DNA of 64,000 bases from Mucilaginibacter sp. (GCA_028288085.1 JAQBOK010000023.1:19-64018); one strand, 5' to 3'. Positions 8,196-19,294 are shown, counted from the first letter of the stretch. Numbers and translations are program-made. The notes: generated from the letters alone by a model not told the origin.

Positions 8196-9797
8196 ATGAA
8201 ACGCATCCTGGTTTTTGTTCTGTTTTTATTTGTGTTTACCACAGCGTTTTGCCAGGGTTATGATAACTTAGCCACTAAACTCAATACCGTTCTTGATAAA
8301 AAGAAACAGTATGATGAGGAAAAGATAAGGAGGATAGATAATTTAAAAAAGCTGCTGAAGGAGGATGATAACCCCGATCTGAATGCCCGGTATGCGATCT
8401 ACCTGAGCTTGTATAATGAGTATAAATCATTTAATTATAACGAGGCATTTAATTATACCCAAAAATTGCAGCAGGTGGGCCGTTTGTTAAAAGACCCGGC
8501 CAAAATTGCTTATGGAAAAGTTAAGCTGGGGTTTATTTTGCTTTCGTCGGGCATGTTCAAAGAAACATTCGACTCCCTGCGTACCGTTAATGTAAAGCTG
8601 CTGGCTGATACGGAGAAGAAGGAATACTATTTCTTAACGGCCCGCACCTATTATGACCTGGCTGATTTTGATAAGGATAATTACTATGCCCCCATTTACA
8701 ATAGTCGCGCCAGCAAATACATTGATTCGGGAATTAATTTGTGCAAGGCAAACTCATTTGAATATGTTTATTATACCGGGTTAACGTCTCTTAAAACGGG
8801 TAATATGAATAAGGCGATAGCTAATTTAAAATTGCTTATTAGCCGGTCTGATTTAACCGACCACCGGTTTGCCGTAACCGCGTCAACACTCAGTGATATT
8901 TATATCAGGGCAAACAAACCCGATAGCGCCATTAGCCTTCTGGCACTCGCGGCAATGGCCGATATCCGGTCGTCAACCAAGGAAGCCGCCGCTATGCTTA
9001 ACCTGGCACAGTTGCTGCACACGCAGGGCGATGCCCGGAACGCCTATGTTTTTATAAGGCAGGCGATGGAGGATGCTATTTACTATGGCGCCAGGCAGCG
9101 AAAGATACAGGTGGGCGCCATTTTGCCGGTGATAGCGAGCGAACGGATCAACTCCGTGGAAGAACAGCGGCGTGTATTGTTCCTGTATGCTTTATCACTT
9201 ACCGTATTATCGCTCATTGTGGTAGTATTTGCAGTAATTATTTATAAGCAGCTCCGAAAATTAAAAATAGCCGATAAGATCATCCTCGAAGCCAATCATA
9301 ACCTGCAAGAGAGTATAGACAAACTGAATGAAGCCGATAAAATAAAGGAGGAATATATAGGCTATTATTTCAACCTCATATCTGAATACATTAATAAGCT
9401 GGAGAAATTTAAACGGTCTGTTGATAATAAACTAACCACCAAAAGGTTTGAAGATATCCGCATCATAGTAAACAACATCAACCTCACCAAAGAGCGCGAG
9501 GAGCTTTTTATTAATTTCGATAAAGCCTTTTTAAAGATCTTCCCCAATTTTGTTTGTGCCTACAATTCGTTATTTGACGAGGAGCACCAGGTGAAGCTTT
9601 TACCCAACCAACTAATGAATACCGACCTGCGGATATTTGCATTGATAAGGCTCGGTATCCACGATACCGAAAAGATAGCTAATATATTGGAGTACTCCGT
9701 AAACACCATTTACAATTACAAAGCCCGCATAAAAAGCAAATCAAAGATATCTAACGATGATTTTGAGCAGGCTATCATGGCAATTAAGGCCTTCTAA
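8196..9797 (+). CDS. SusR-like PUL regulator (TPR-like sensor, TM helix, DUF6377/HTH)
   Basis: Signal peptide, helical periplasmic region, one TM, then KEEYIGYYF...REELFINFDKAFLKIFPNF...TDLRIFALIRLGI.D...IA.IL.YSVNTIYNYKARIK; directly upstream of susC. Confidence 0.85.
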   Translation: MKRILVFVLFLFVFTTAFCQGYDNLATKLNTVLDKKKQYDEEKIRRIDNLKKLLKEDDNPDLNARYAIYLSLYNEYKSFNYNEAFNYTQKLQQVGRLLKDPAKIAYGKVKLGFILLSSGMFKETFDSLRTVNVKLLADTEKKEYYFLTARTYYDLADFDKDNYYAPIYNSRASKYIDSGINLCKANSFEYVYYTGLTSLKTGNMNKAIANLKLLISRSDLTDHRFAVTASTLSDIYIRANKPDSAISLLALAAMADIRSSTKEAAAMLNLAQLLHTQGDARNAYVFIRQAMEDAIYYGARQRKIQVGAILPVIASERINSVEEQRRVLFLYALSLTVLSLIVVVFAVIIYKQLRKLKIADKIILEANHNLQESIDKLNEADKIKEEYIGYYFNLISEYINKLEKFKRSVDNKLTTKRFEDIRIIVNNINLTKEREELFINFDKAFLKIFPNFVCAYNSLFDEEHQVKLLPNQLMNTDLRIFALIRLGIHDTEKIANILEYSVNTIYNYKARIKSKSKISNDDFEQAIMAIKAF

Positions 9798-10230
9798 GTA
9801 AAAATCACTTCCTGTTCCTGTTATATGCCGTTTATATTTACCGGCTATTGTATGTTGATTAAGTAATTGATTATCAGTTATTTGATATTTTATAAACACG
9901 CCTGTGGTTTATATTTTGCCTTTGAAAATTGCTGCCCAAAATTATATCCCCTCTATTTGATATCGTATTAGCAACCTGCTGAAGATCTGTTTTAGCACCA
10001 GCCAATATTATAAACCAATTATTGCCAAATCTTATTGTTTATGAAAACCTATCAAGGAAATGATCCATTGTTAGTTTGTTTTTCTGTACAGCTCTTAGGG
10101 TACAGCAGCAAGGCTGATATTAAGCATTTCAACATGCATTTGCTTTCGGGATAAAGCATCTATCCGGCGAAATTCTTACGCTCTTCAAAACCAATTAAAT
10201 ATCAATCAACAACCTAAAAATCTAAACATT

Positions 10231-13200
10231 ATGTATAAAAAACAATTACTAAAATTACTTTTTTGTCCTTTGTTTTTGCTGATATCATCCTGGGCCATGG
10301 CACAGAATGTATCAGTTACCGGTAAAGTTACCGACGAAAAAGGACAGGTGCTTCCCGGGGTAACAGTATCCATAAAGGGAACAACCAAAGGAACAAATTC
10401 AGACCTTAACGGAAAATATGTCATTACTGCCAACAGTAATGATGTGCTGATTTTTTCGATGGTTGGATTTGTAAAGCAGGAGGCTAACATAAATAGCCGG
10501 TCAACCATCAACATTACTTTAAAAGATCAGGATCAGCTTTTAAACGAAATTGTGGTTATTGGTTATGGTTCGCAAAAACGCCGGGACGTAACCGGTTCCA
10601 TTGCTTCAGTTAAGGGCGAAACCTTTAAAGATCAACCCATCACTAACCCCATATCGGCACTGCAAGGACGAATTGCAGGTGTTAACGTGGTAGAAAGCTC
10701 CGGGCAGCCGGGTGCTGCGCCAACTATTACCATTAGGGGGCTTTCTTCATTTTACCAACCAAATCCATTATATATAGTTGATGGTATAAGGGTTGGCGAT
10801 GTTTCTAACATCAACGTGCAGGATATAGCAAGTATTGATGTTTTAAAGGATGCGGCTTCTGCGGCCATTTACGGTTCTGCAGCAGCAGGCGGCGTTTTGC
10901 TGATCACCACTAAAAAAGGCACTGGATTAGGAACAGACCCGGTGATAAACTTTAGTGCAAGGTATGGTGTTACCAAGCCAAAACTGGTTAACCTGCTGGA
11001 TAGGGACGATTTCATAAAAATACAAAACATAGTTCACCCAGCTTTTTTTGCCGGTGCTACCAAAACAGATACCTTATCAAATACTGATTGGGTGCATTCG
11101 CTTTACAAAAATGCTGTCGAACAAAATTATAATGTATCGGTTTCTGGTTCATCACCCGTAGTAAATTATCTGTTCTCCGGGTTTTATAATGCGCAAAAAG
11201 GCTCATACATCAATAATTATTCAAATATTGGTGGAGCCCGCATTAATACCGATTACAAATTAAGTAAGTACATCACCGTAGGCGAGCAATTAGGTATATC
11301 GCAACGCAAAGCAGACCCAGTATTAACCGATCTGCATAATGCGCCATTCAGAACGCAGCCTATTATTCCATTGCGCAACGAAGATGGTACCTTTGGCACC
11401 GAGCCTTCTGGCTATAAAATACAATTTGGCGGGCCAAACTCTTACGCCGCTGCCCAAACCATTACCGCGCAGGATTACACAAATAATTTGCAGGCCAATG
11501 TGTATGCTGATATAAAGCTTCCCCTGCACCTTAATTTCCGCAGCACATTTGGTTATTCTTACTATTATTACACAAGAGATCAATTCCAGGATATTTATAA
11601 CGCCGGCGCTGTTTCAGTTGGAAACAACACCCTTTATAAAAACGAGGCGCAAAGCAACCAGTTGCTAAGCAACTATGTGCTTAGCTATAATCAGAGCTTT
11701 GGTAAACACAACATCAGTGCCGTAGCCGGTTTTGAACAGATCACCAGTACCGGCAATAGCTTGTATACCAGTATGGGTTCAATCGGAATAAATGGTTATT
11801 CTTATGTTCCTACATCCATTTCGGGTGCGCAAACAGTGCTTAATGGAACATATGATTCCAACAGCCTTATTAAATCTGAATTTGGCCGCTTAAACTACAA
11901 TTATAATAACCGGTACTACTTATCGGCCTCTATCAGGCAGGATGCCAACTTCTCGGTATTCGGTCCGGATAAGCAAAGAGGTGTATTTCCGGCAGCATCA
12001 GTTGGTTGGAACATTAACGAAGAGCAGTTTTTCAAAGCAGCTTTACCGGTAATTAATGCGCTTAAATTACGCGCCAGCTACGGCTCACTTGGTAACAGTA
12101 ATATTCCTCCATATTCTTATGCTGCTAATTATACCCAGTTTAATAGCACCACAGGTATATCAGGAGGCGCGCAAGGCTTTGCACCGGGCGCACCGTTCCA
12201 GGTTGCAAACTCCAGCACCAAGCTACCAAACCCTAATGTGCATTGGGAAACAGTTACCGAAGCCAACGTAGGGATAGACGGCGAAGCGTTGAATGGCCGC
12301 TTGTATTTTACAGCAGAATGGTATAATAAAAATACCAAAGATATGCTTTATGCATTGCAGCTGCCTACAAGTGCTGGCTTTACCCAACCATATTTTACCA
12401 ATATAGGCACAGCTAATAATCGTGGTTTCGACTTTATGGTGGGTTTCCGCGACAAAGTTGGGAAATTAGGTTATGACGTTAGCGTGAATGCCGGATTTAA
12501 CAAGAATAAATTATTAAGCTTATCTGGCGCCGCCACAGATGCTGTTGTTGATGGGTATAACTATTACAACAATTCAGACGCGGGCTTTAGCATAATGTCT
12601 AATCAAAACATTACTATCAGCAAGGCAGGCCAGCCGTTCGGATCTTTTTATGGCTATAAAGTACTTGGTATTTTCCAAACGGATGCAGAAGCAGCCGGGC
12701 AAAAAGTTAACGGAAACGTTGCCCATGCCGGTGACCTGCACTACCAGGATTTAGATGGTAATGGAGTTATTAACCAGGCCGATAAGCAGATAATAGGTAA
12801 TCCTAACCCTAAGCTGGTATACGGTATAAACATTCACCTTAACTACCAGGGTTTTGATCTGGCAATGTTATTTAACGGGGTAATGGGCGTTCAGCTCTTC
12901 AACGGGGTAAAGGCTTATGAAGAGTCTCTTTTTTCTGATGGTAATACCACCAGCAAAGTGTTTGGCGATTCGTACCTGGGCAGTAATGGACTTACTTCGC
13001 AGCCGCGCCTGGGCTTAGCGCAAAATGGTGGGTTTACATTAGATCCAAACCAAAACTATAGTTCAGTAAATAGCTATTTTGTTGAAAATGGAAGCTATTT
13101 AAAGCTGAAAAACCTGCAATTTGGTTACACATTTTCTAATGGCATTTTACGGCGGTTAAGTATTAAAAGCGCCAGGGTATATGTAATGGCTAATAATGTA

Positions 13201-13353
13201 TTTACCATCACTAAATATACAGGGCTTGATCCTGAATTAGGCAGCTCATTCACACCATCTGGCTATGGTACGGTAACTACACAAGGAATAGATGGGGTAA
13301 CAAATTATCCGCAAACACGGATCTACTCTGCAGGCCTGGATCTTACTTTTTAA
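10231..13353 (+). CDS. susC: SusC-like TonB-dependent transporter
   Basis: CarboxypepD_reg-like N-terminus, plug motifs (VVIGYG, LQGRIAGV, IDVLKDAASAAIYG, GVLLITTKKG), C-terminal YPQTRIYSAGLDLTF. Confidence 0.95.
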   Translation: MYKKQLLKLLFCPLFLLISSWAMAQNVSVTGKVTDEKGQVLPGVTVSIKGTTKGTNSDLNGKYVITANSNDVLIFSMVGFVKQEANINSRSTINITLKDQDQLLNEIVVIGYGSQKRRDVTGSIASVKGETFKDQPITNPISALQGRIAGVNVVESSGQPGAAPTITIRGLSSFYQPNPLYIVDGIRVGDVSNINVQDIASIDVLKDAASAAIYGSAAAGGVLLITTKKGTGLGTDPVINFSARYGVTKPKLVNLLDRDDFIKIQNIVHPAFFAGATKTDTLSNTDWVHSLYKNAVEQNYNVSVSGSSPVVNYLFSGFYNAQKGSYINNYSNIGGARINTDYKLSKYITVGEQLGISQRKADPVLTDLHNAPFRTQPIIPLRNEDGTFGTEPSGYKIQFGGPNSYAAAQTITAQDYTNNLQANVYADIKLPLHLNFRSTFGYSYYYYTRDQFQDIYNAGAVSVGNNTLYKNEAQSNQLLSNYVLSYNQSFGKHNISAVAGFEQITSTGNSLYTSMGSIGINGYSYVPTSISGAQTVLNGTYDSNSLIKSEFGRLNYNYNNRYYLSASIRQDANFSVFGPDKQRGVFPAASVGWNINEEQFFKAALPVINALKLRASYGSLGNSNIPPYSYAANYTQFNSTTGISGGAQGFAPGAPFQVANSSTKLPNPNVHWETVTEANVGIDGEALNGRLYFTAEWYNKNTKDMLYALQLPTSAGFTQPYFTNIGTANNRGFDFMVGFRDKVGKLGYDVSVNAGFNKNKLLSLSGAATDAVVDGYNYYNNSDAGFSIMSNQNITISKAGQPFGSFYGYKVLGIFQTDAEAAGQKVNGNVAHAGDLHYQDLDGNGVINQADKQIIGNPNPKLVYGINIHLNYQGFDLAMLFNGVMGVQLFNGVKAYEESLFSDGNTTSKVFGDSYLGSNGLTSQPRLGLAQNGGFTLDPNQNYSSVNSYFVENGSYLKLKNLQFGYTFSNGILRRLSIKSARVYVMANNVFTITKYTGLDPELGSSFTPSGYGTVTTQGIDGVTNYPQTRIYSAGLDLTF

Positions 13354-13377
13354 TATTCACTCTCAAAAATTATCAAA

Positions 13378-15234
13378 ATGTTAAAGAAAATATTTATAGC
13401 AGTACTGGCGGTTATGATAATGGCCGGCTGTAAAAAGGACCCCAAGAACGTTGGGCCCACCACGGCGTATAGCACAAGCACTTACCCCCGCAATATCGCC
13501 GATTTGCAAAGCATATTAGTTTCCTGTTATTCTAACCTGCGTGATCAGGGTATATTTGGTTTCCATTTTTTACCAAAGGCGCTGTCCAACTCTATGCATA
13601 CGGTTAATTCGGTTTATGCTGATGATCCGTCATGGAATGAAATGACCAATGCTAACCTTACCATTGGTAACGAATATGTTGGTGAAACATGGCAGGCCTT
13701 ATATATTGGTGTAAAGAACTGTAATTTAACTATTTATGCCGCCAATCAATATGTAAGTCAGCATAGTTTGAGTGATGCGGATAAGCAAACCGTTAACCTG
13801 GTACTTGGCCAGGCTTATTGTTTACGCGGATGGTATTACATGGAACTGGAATGTCTTTACGGCGAAAAGTACTTATCTGCTGGCGGGGTAGGCGGCGATG
13901 CGCTGGGCGTGCCTATTTATAATGGCGTACCAACAGATCTTGCAGGTACCCAAAAATCCAGATCTACAGTAAAAGAAGTATGGGCACTCATCATCAGTGA
14001 CTTTAAACAAGCTCAAACTTTGCTTAAAGGCCAGGTTTGGGGATCGGCTGATTTAGCCCGTGTAACAGAATGGTCTGCAGAAGGCCTATTAGGTAAAGCC
14101 TATGTATATACCCAGGATTGGGCTAATGCAAAAACAGCTTTGCTGGATGTGATTACCAAAAGTGGAAAATCATTAATGGATTATAGCACTTACCACAATG
14201 CGTTTAATGGCAGCAATAAGTTTAATACAGAGTCATTATTTGAGCTGTATATTGATGCCGATGCAAAAGGCGGTTATGGCATTTACAGTGGGGCAGCTAA
14301 CTCGGCAACCATCAACGGCCTTATATGGGCACCATTTACCTTTGGCGGATACAGCTCTAATGGTACCCCTTTTAATGGTTCAGAAACCCAAAACCAGGCT
14401 TTAGGTTATGGCAATGAGTTTTTTCATGATCAAAATGTTTTACGTTTCGGGTATTCACTGGGCAGCAATTTTAACCTGGTAGCTAATCCAAAATACAACC
14501 CAGTTGTAGGTCCAACGTTTTATAACCAGCAACAGGTAATGGATCCGGTTTATAAGCAGGCAGCTTTACTGGCCCGTACAAATAATACTACCGACCCGCG
14601 TTTATATGTAAATGCAATGCAGCCACGTATTGATTCGGTTCAATTTGATGGTAAAACATGGGCATTGGTTTGCAGGCCCGCATATTTTGCCGGATCTGCA
14701 AATAGCACAGCATATGGTTGGGCAATCAGGAAATACGCATCAATAAACTACAATGAAAATACAGGCCTGGGTAATCCTTCCGGCTCTGGAAATACAGCAG
14801 ACGCATGGGATTATTACATCCTCCGCCTGGCAGATGTATACCTGCTTTATGCAGAGGCATCCATACAAGGCGGCGATGCTGCAACGGGGCTCGAATATTT
14901 AAATAAGGTTAAACGCAGAGCATATAGCTATCCTGTTAATTCACCTTCGCCGGTTGATTATGCAAGCGCTACCAGTCAAACAAACGCTATAAATGACCCT
15001 GTTTTAGGGCACAACCCGCTATACTACGAGCGTTGGGCCGAATTGTTTAATGAAGGTTCATGGTGGTTTGATGTATGCAGGTGGCGCATAGGTAAATCAG
15101 AAGCAGCCTATTACGGAACCGCTATTAATGTTAACGGTGCTTTACATTGGGATGATTCTAAATCCTATGTATGGCCAATTCCGCAAAGTGAGATCAATAG
15201 CAATGGTAAGATAAAGCAGAGTTCGGGTTATTGA
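13378..15234 (+). CDS. susD: SusD/RagB-like surface lipoprotein
   Basis: Lipobox IMAGC; GQAYCLRGWYY, LRLADVYLLYAEA, ERWAELFNEG, WPIPQSEI. Confidence 0.93.
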   Translation: MLKKIFIAVLAVMIMAGCKKDPKNVGPTTAYSTSTYPRNIADLQSILVSCYSNLRDQGIFGFHFLPKALSNSMHTVNSVYADDPSWNEMTNANLTIGNEYVGETWQALYIGVKNCNLTIYAANQYVSQHSLSDADKQTVNLVLGQAYCLRGWYYMELECLYGEKYLSAGGVGGDALGVPIYNGVPTDLAGTQKSRSTVKEVWALIISDFKQAQTLLKGQVWGSADLARVTEWSAEGLLGKAYVYTQDWANAKTALLDVITKSGKSLMDYSTYHNAFNGSNKFNTESLFELYIDADAKGGYGIYSGAANSATINGLIWAPFTFGGYSSNGTPFNGSETQNQALGYGNEFFHDQNVLRFGYSLGSNFNLVANPKYNPVVGPTFYNQQQVMDPVYKQAALLARTNNTTDPRLYVNAMQPRIDSVQFDGKTWALVCRPAYFAGSANSTAYGWAIRKYASINYNENTGLGNPSGSGNTADAWDYYILRLADVYLLYAEASIQGGDAATGLEYLNKVKRRAYSYPVNSPSPVDYASATSQTNAINDPVLGHNPLYYERWAELFNEGSWWFDVCRWRIGKSEAAYYGTAINVNGALHWDDSKSYVWPIPQSEINSNGKIKQSSGY

Positions 15235-15251
15235 TATATAGTTGATTAATT

Positions 15252-15287
15252 AAGTGTAAAGCAGGTGAGATGGCTTTACACTTTTTT
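15252..15287 (+). terminator. Intrinsic terminator/attenuator between susD and the GH71-like gene
   Basis: 11-bp stem AAGTGTAAAGC/GCTTTACACTT followed by a T run. Confidence 0.7.
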
Positions 15288-15317
15288 ATGCCTTTTTAAT
15301 GTTAACAAAAGCCGGAT

Positions 15318-16955
15318 ATGCATTTGATTTATAATTTCCGAAAGGTGCGGTTACTCCTCTTATTTGTCATTTTTATTTTATGGAGTGGCAGCAGTAATGC
15401 ACAGGATTCATTAAAGAATCTTCCGGAATATAGTTTGCCACTTACCAGCCAAAAGTTGGTTATTGCTCATTGCATGACCAACATTATCCGGTTTAAAGGC
15501 CATGAAATGGAGGATAGCTGTAACCCTGCGTATTATTCGGCTGATGGAAATATATCTTCACCGATAGGCGGACTTACACAGGTAAAAACCATGGCCGATA
15601 GCTTACTGGCAAACGCAACGCTGGATGAAGCGGTTGAGTTTGAAATGCGTGCGGCTATCCGGTCGGGAATTGATGGCTTCCAGTTTTATTACATATTACA
15701 CAACCCCAAATGGGATGATATTATTAAGGCATATTTCAGGGTGGCCGGTCAAAAACATATCAATTTCAAATTCACCTTTTGTATATCACATCCGGATGGC
15801 GGCACCGAAGCCTTAAAGATCGAAGAATTTGCCAGGCGGATAAATAATATAATGGATGAAGTTGGGCGTAATAACCCGCACTGGTTACGTACCCCTGATG
15901 GCCGTCTTGTAATTTATCAGTGGGACGGCGAACATTTAGCAGATATCCCGGCAGATAAGCAGGCCTTACCCGACCAGTTTTATATTGCCCGTGCTTACAA
16001 ACGGCTTGCCGATGCGGTACATGAACGTTTTGCCTGTGTTTTTACCATCAATAAGGAGATTAGTCAGGATGATTTAAATCATTTCCTGGATTATTTTCCG
16101 GCAACATGGATATGGACATTGCCATATAGCAATAATTATATAGGTAATAGGGTGGCAGCTCAATGTAAGTTACGTCATCGCACATTCACCGCATCAGTTT
16201 TTAGTGATTTCTATACTTCAAAATTGTTGAAAAAGGGCACCTGGAATATGTACCACCGGGTTAGTGATGCAGTAAACGCAGGAATGAAAAATGTTGACAG
16301 GAAACAAATAATTACAGGCTTATCTTATAATTTCCGAAAACTTTTTGAATTTGGAATAAAGCAGGATGCGCCGGTTATAAATATAATTACCTGGAATGAT
16401 TATCCCGAAGGCCATCACCTTGCGCCGGAGGTCAATCATAATGAGGGCTTTTCCATATTACTGAATTACTATAAAAATGTATGGAAAACGTTGCCATCAC
16501 CATATTTGGGTAAAGATGTTGCGATCGTGTTTTTTAAAAAATATAAACACAATGTAAAGCCATACCCATTTGATATCCCCATAGTAAGTTTTCAAAAGGA
16601 GGCGGTACCACCATCATGGGAAGATTCTATTGAAGTGGTTACCCTGCTTTCTTCAAAAGCGGCGCTTAAAGTAAACGGCAAAACAAAGCAGGTTGTCGCT
16701 GGGTTGGTATCAACAAAGTTTCCTATGCAAGCAGGCCCTGTAAGTGTTTTTGTTAAAAGAAGCAATAAAATAACTGTTCACTTTACAACGCCCGAAGGGA
16801 TCACAGATAAACCTTACAGAACAGACAGGCTTACCTACACTTTCAGCAGTGAATTTAATGATTTTTATGCCAACCTGTTTAAGGGCTTTAAACCCGAATA
16901 TTCACATGAATACAATCCTGCTTTTAAAAGTGTTCATGTAAAAATGAATAAGTGA
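15318..16955 (+). CDS. GH71-like endo-alpha-1,3-glucanase family glycoside hydrolase
   Basis: Signal peptide ending NA|Q; VIAHCM, AAIRSGIDGFQF, IITWNDYPEGHH, matching the GH71/GH99 TWND..E motif. Confidence 0.7.
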   Translation: MHLIYNFRKVRLLLLFVIFILWSGSSNAQDSLKNLPEYSLPLTSQKLVIAHCMTNIIRFKGHEMEDSCNPAYYSADGNISSPIGGLTQVKTMADSLLANATLDEAVEFEMRAAIRSGIDGFQFYYILHNPKWDDIIKAYFRVAGQKHINFKFTFCISHPDGGTEALKIEEFARRINNIMDEVGRNNPHWLRTPDGRLVIYQWDGEHLADIPADKQALPDQFYIARAYKRLADAVHERFACVFTINKEISQDDLNHFLDYFPATWIWTLPYSNNYIGNRVAAQCKLRHRTFTASVFSDFYTSKLLKKGTWNMYHRVSDAVNAGMKNVDRKQIITGLSYNFRKLFEFGIKQDAPVINIITWNDYPEGHHLAPEVNHNEGFSILLNYYKNVWKTLPSPYLGKDVAIVFFKKYKHNVKPYPFDIPIVSFQKEAVPPSWEDSIEVVTLLSSKAALKVNGKTKQVVAGLVSTKFPMQAGPVSVFVKRSNKITVHFTTPEGITDKPYRTDRLTYTFSSEFNDFYANLFKGFKPEYSHEYNPAFKSVHVKMNK

Positions 16956-17011
16956 TCAGGCGTTGAATAAACATCAAAGCGATCAATTTTAACCGAATAA
17001 TTATTACAATA

Positions 17012-19150
17012 ATGAAGAAAATATTTATCTGTTTACTTAGCCTGGTATTGTTCAATGGCGTAAAAGCTCAAGGCAATAAATCTATCCGGGTTAGCATGAA
17101 TAAAGTGCAGCTTGAATTTATGCTTGATGCCGAAGGGAAACCCATTTACTCAGTTTATTATGGCGAAAAGCCGGTTATTAAGCCATCGGCGATGGGCTTT
17201 ACTTTGGCGAATGATAGCGCCTTTGATAAAAACTTTGAACTAACAGGCTCCGCGAGAACCGCTGTTGATGAAACATGGAAGCCGGTTTGGGGAGAAGTAA
17301 GCAGTATCCGCAACCATTACGAACAGTTAACAGTTCGCCTTAAACAAAAAAGCAGCCCGAACAGGTTACTGAATATCATTTTCAGAGTATTTGAGGATGG
17401 AGTAGGCTTTCGCTATGAATTTCCAAAACAACCGGGATTAAAGTATTTTGTGGTCTCAAATGAATTAACCGGCTTTAACCTGGCAGGCGATCATAAAGCC
17501 TTTTGGATACCCGGCGATTACGATACAAACGAATATCCATACACCACTTCGAAAATAAGTGAGATCGATAATACCCAGATGGTAAACTCGTCTACTGATA
17601 TCGCAATCCGCGTAGCGCCCGATCGTTATGCCGTGCAAACCCCCCTGATGATGAAGTCTGCCGACGGTTTATATATTAATATACATGAGGCGGCTTTAGT
17701 GAATTTCCCTGCCATGCAATTGCATGTGGATAACAACACCTATAAGCTCACTGCGAGTTTGGTGCCTGATGCCGTGGGTAATAAAGCTTATGTGCATGCC
17801 CCTTTCAATACCCCCTGGCGTACCATTATTGTAAGCGATAAAGCAACAGATATCCTGGCGTCAAAAATGATCCTGAACTTGAACGACCCATCTAAGATCA
17901 AAGATCCATCGTGGATTAAGCCAATGAAGTTTGTAGGAATATGGTGGGAGATGCAAACCGGGAAAAGTACCTGGAGCTATTCAAACGATGCCGATTCCCT
18001 TTCGGCAGATGGTAAATTGATCCCCAATGGCACCCACGGTGGTAATACCGCCAACGTAAAACGGTATATTGATTTCGCGGCAACTAATGGCATACAGGGT
18101 GTTTTAGTTGAAGGTTGGAATGTTGGCTGGGAAGACTGGTTTGGTAACTGGAAGGAGAACGTTTTCAGTTTTGTAACCCCATATCCGGATTTTAATGTAG
18201 ATGAACTAACCAAATACGCGGCATCAAAAGGTGTGCGTATCATCATGCATAATGAAACCTCTGGTTCTGCAACAGATTACGAGCGCCAGATGGATACTGC
18301 TTATCGTTATATGAATAAATATGGCTACACATCCGTAAAAACTGGTTACGTGGGTAAAATAATCCCCCGCGGTGAGCACCACGACGGGCAATGGATGGTG
18401 AACCATTATGTAAGGGTAGCACAAAAAACTGCCGATTACCACATTATGCTGGATGCCCACGAGCCCGTAAGGCCTACCGGTTTGCAGCGTACTTATCCAA
18501 ACTGGATGGCTTGTGAATCAGGCAGGGGGAATGAGTATAACGCTTTCGGTAATGGCAATAAGCCAGAGCACGAAACCATTATGCCTTTTACTCGTCTAAT
18601 GGGTGGTCCGATGGATTATACACCCGGTATATTTAAGATAAAAGGCTATACGGCAGATCCAAAAAGGCAATTGCAAAGTACCCTTGTTAAACAACTGGCC
18701 TTATATATCACCATGTACAGTCCGGTGGAAATGGCTGCTGACCTGCCAGAGAATTATGAGAAACACATGGACGCATTTCAATTCATAAAGGATGTAGCTG
18801 TAGATTGGGACGATACCAAAGTACTGGAAGCAGAACCCGGCGATTACATCACTATCGCACGTAAAGCTAAAGGTACTTCTGATTGGTTTATGGGCGCTAT
18901 TACTGATGAAAACAGCCGCAATACAAGTGTTTCTTTAAGCTTTTTGGATAAGAGTAAAAAGTATGTAGCCATTATTTATGCTGACGCGGATAATGCCGAT
19001 TGGAAAGAAAATCCCGAAGCATACAAAATTACCAAATACCTGGTGGATGCCGGCACCAAATTAAACCTTAAACTAGCCAAAGGCGGCGGCGCGGCGGTCA
19101 GCATAAAAGCTGCTACTACTGAGGACAAGGGATTAAAAATGTATAAATAA
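17012..19150 (+). CDS. GH97 alpha-glucosidase (SusB-like)
   Basis: WIKPMKFVGIWWEM, LVEGWNVGWEDW, IMHNETSG, VKTGYVG, DAHEPVRPTG, RLMGGPMDYTPGIF, AADLPENY. Confidence 0.93.
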   Translation: MKKIFICLLSLVLFNGVKAQGNKSIRVSMNKVQLEFMLDAEGKPIYSVYYGEKPVIKPSAMGFTLANDSAFDKNFELTGSARTAVDETWKPVWGEVSSIRNHYEQLTVRLKQKSSPNRLLNIIFRVFEDGVGFRYEFPKQPGLKYFVVSNELTGFNLAGDHKAFWIPGDYDTNEYPYTTSKISEIDNTQMVNSSTDIAIRVAPDRYAVQTPLMMKSADGLYINIHEAALVNFPAMQLHVDNNTYKLTASLVPDAVGNKAYVHAPFNTPWRTIIVSDKATDILASKMILNLNDPSKIKDPSWIKPMKFVGIWWEMQTGKSTWSYSNDADSLSADGKLIPNGTHGGNTANVKRYIDFAATNGIQGVLVEGWNVGWEDWFGNWKENVFSFVTPYPDFNVDELTKYAASKGVRIIMHNETSGSATDYERQMDTAYRYMNKYGYTSVKTGYVGKIIPRGEHHDGQWMVNHYVRVAQKTADYHIMLDAHEPVRPTGLQRTYPNWMACESGRGNEYNAFGNGNKPEHETIMPFTRLMGGPMDYTPGIFKIKGYTADPKRQLQSTLVKQLALYITMYSPVEMAADLPENYEKHMDAFQFIKDVAVDWDDTKVLEAEPGDYITIARKAKGTSDWFMGAITDENSRNTSVSLSFLDKSKKYVAIIYADADNADWKENPEAYKITKYLVDAGTKLNLKLAKGGGAAVSIKAATTEDKGLKMYK

Positions 19151-19163
19151 ATTTTAAAACACC

Positions 19164-19232
19164 AATTGTCATCCTGGGCGATAAGAAAGGCCCGCCCGTG
19201 AGCGGTCAAATGCTTCGTTCAGGATGACAATT
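19164..19232. repeat. REP/MITE-like element with 13-bp perfect terminal inverted repeat
   Basis: AATTGTCATCCTG (19164-19176) / CAGGATGACAATT (19220-19232); same TGTCAT...ATGACA core as 1243-1402. Confidence 0.7.
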
Positions 19233-19294
19233 CTTTTTTGAAATATGCCACCCTATCATTATCAATGGCATTGTTTATTTTTATCAAACTGTTA

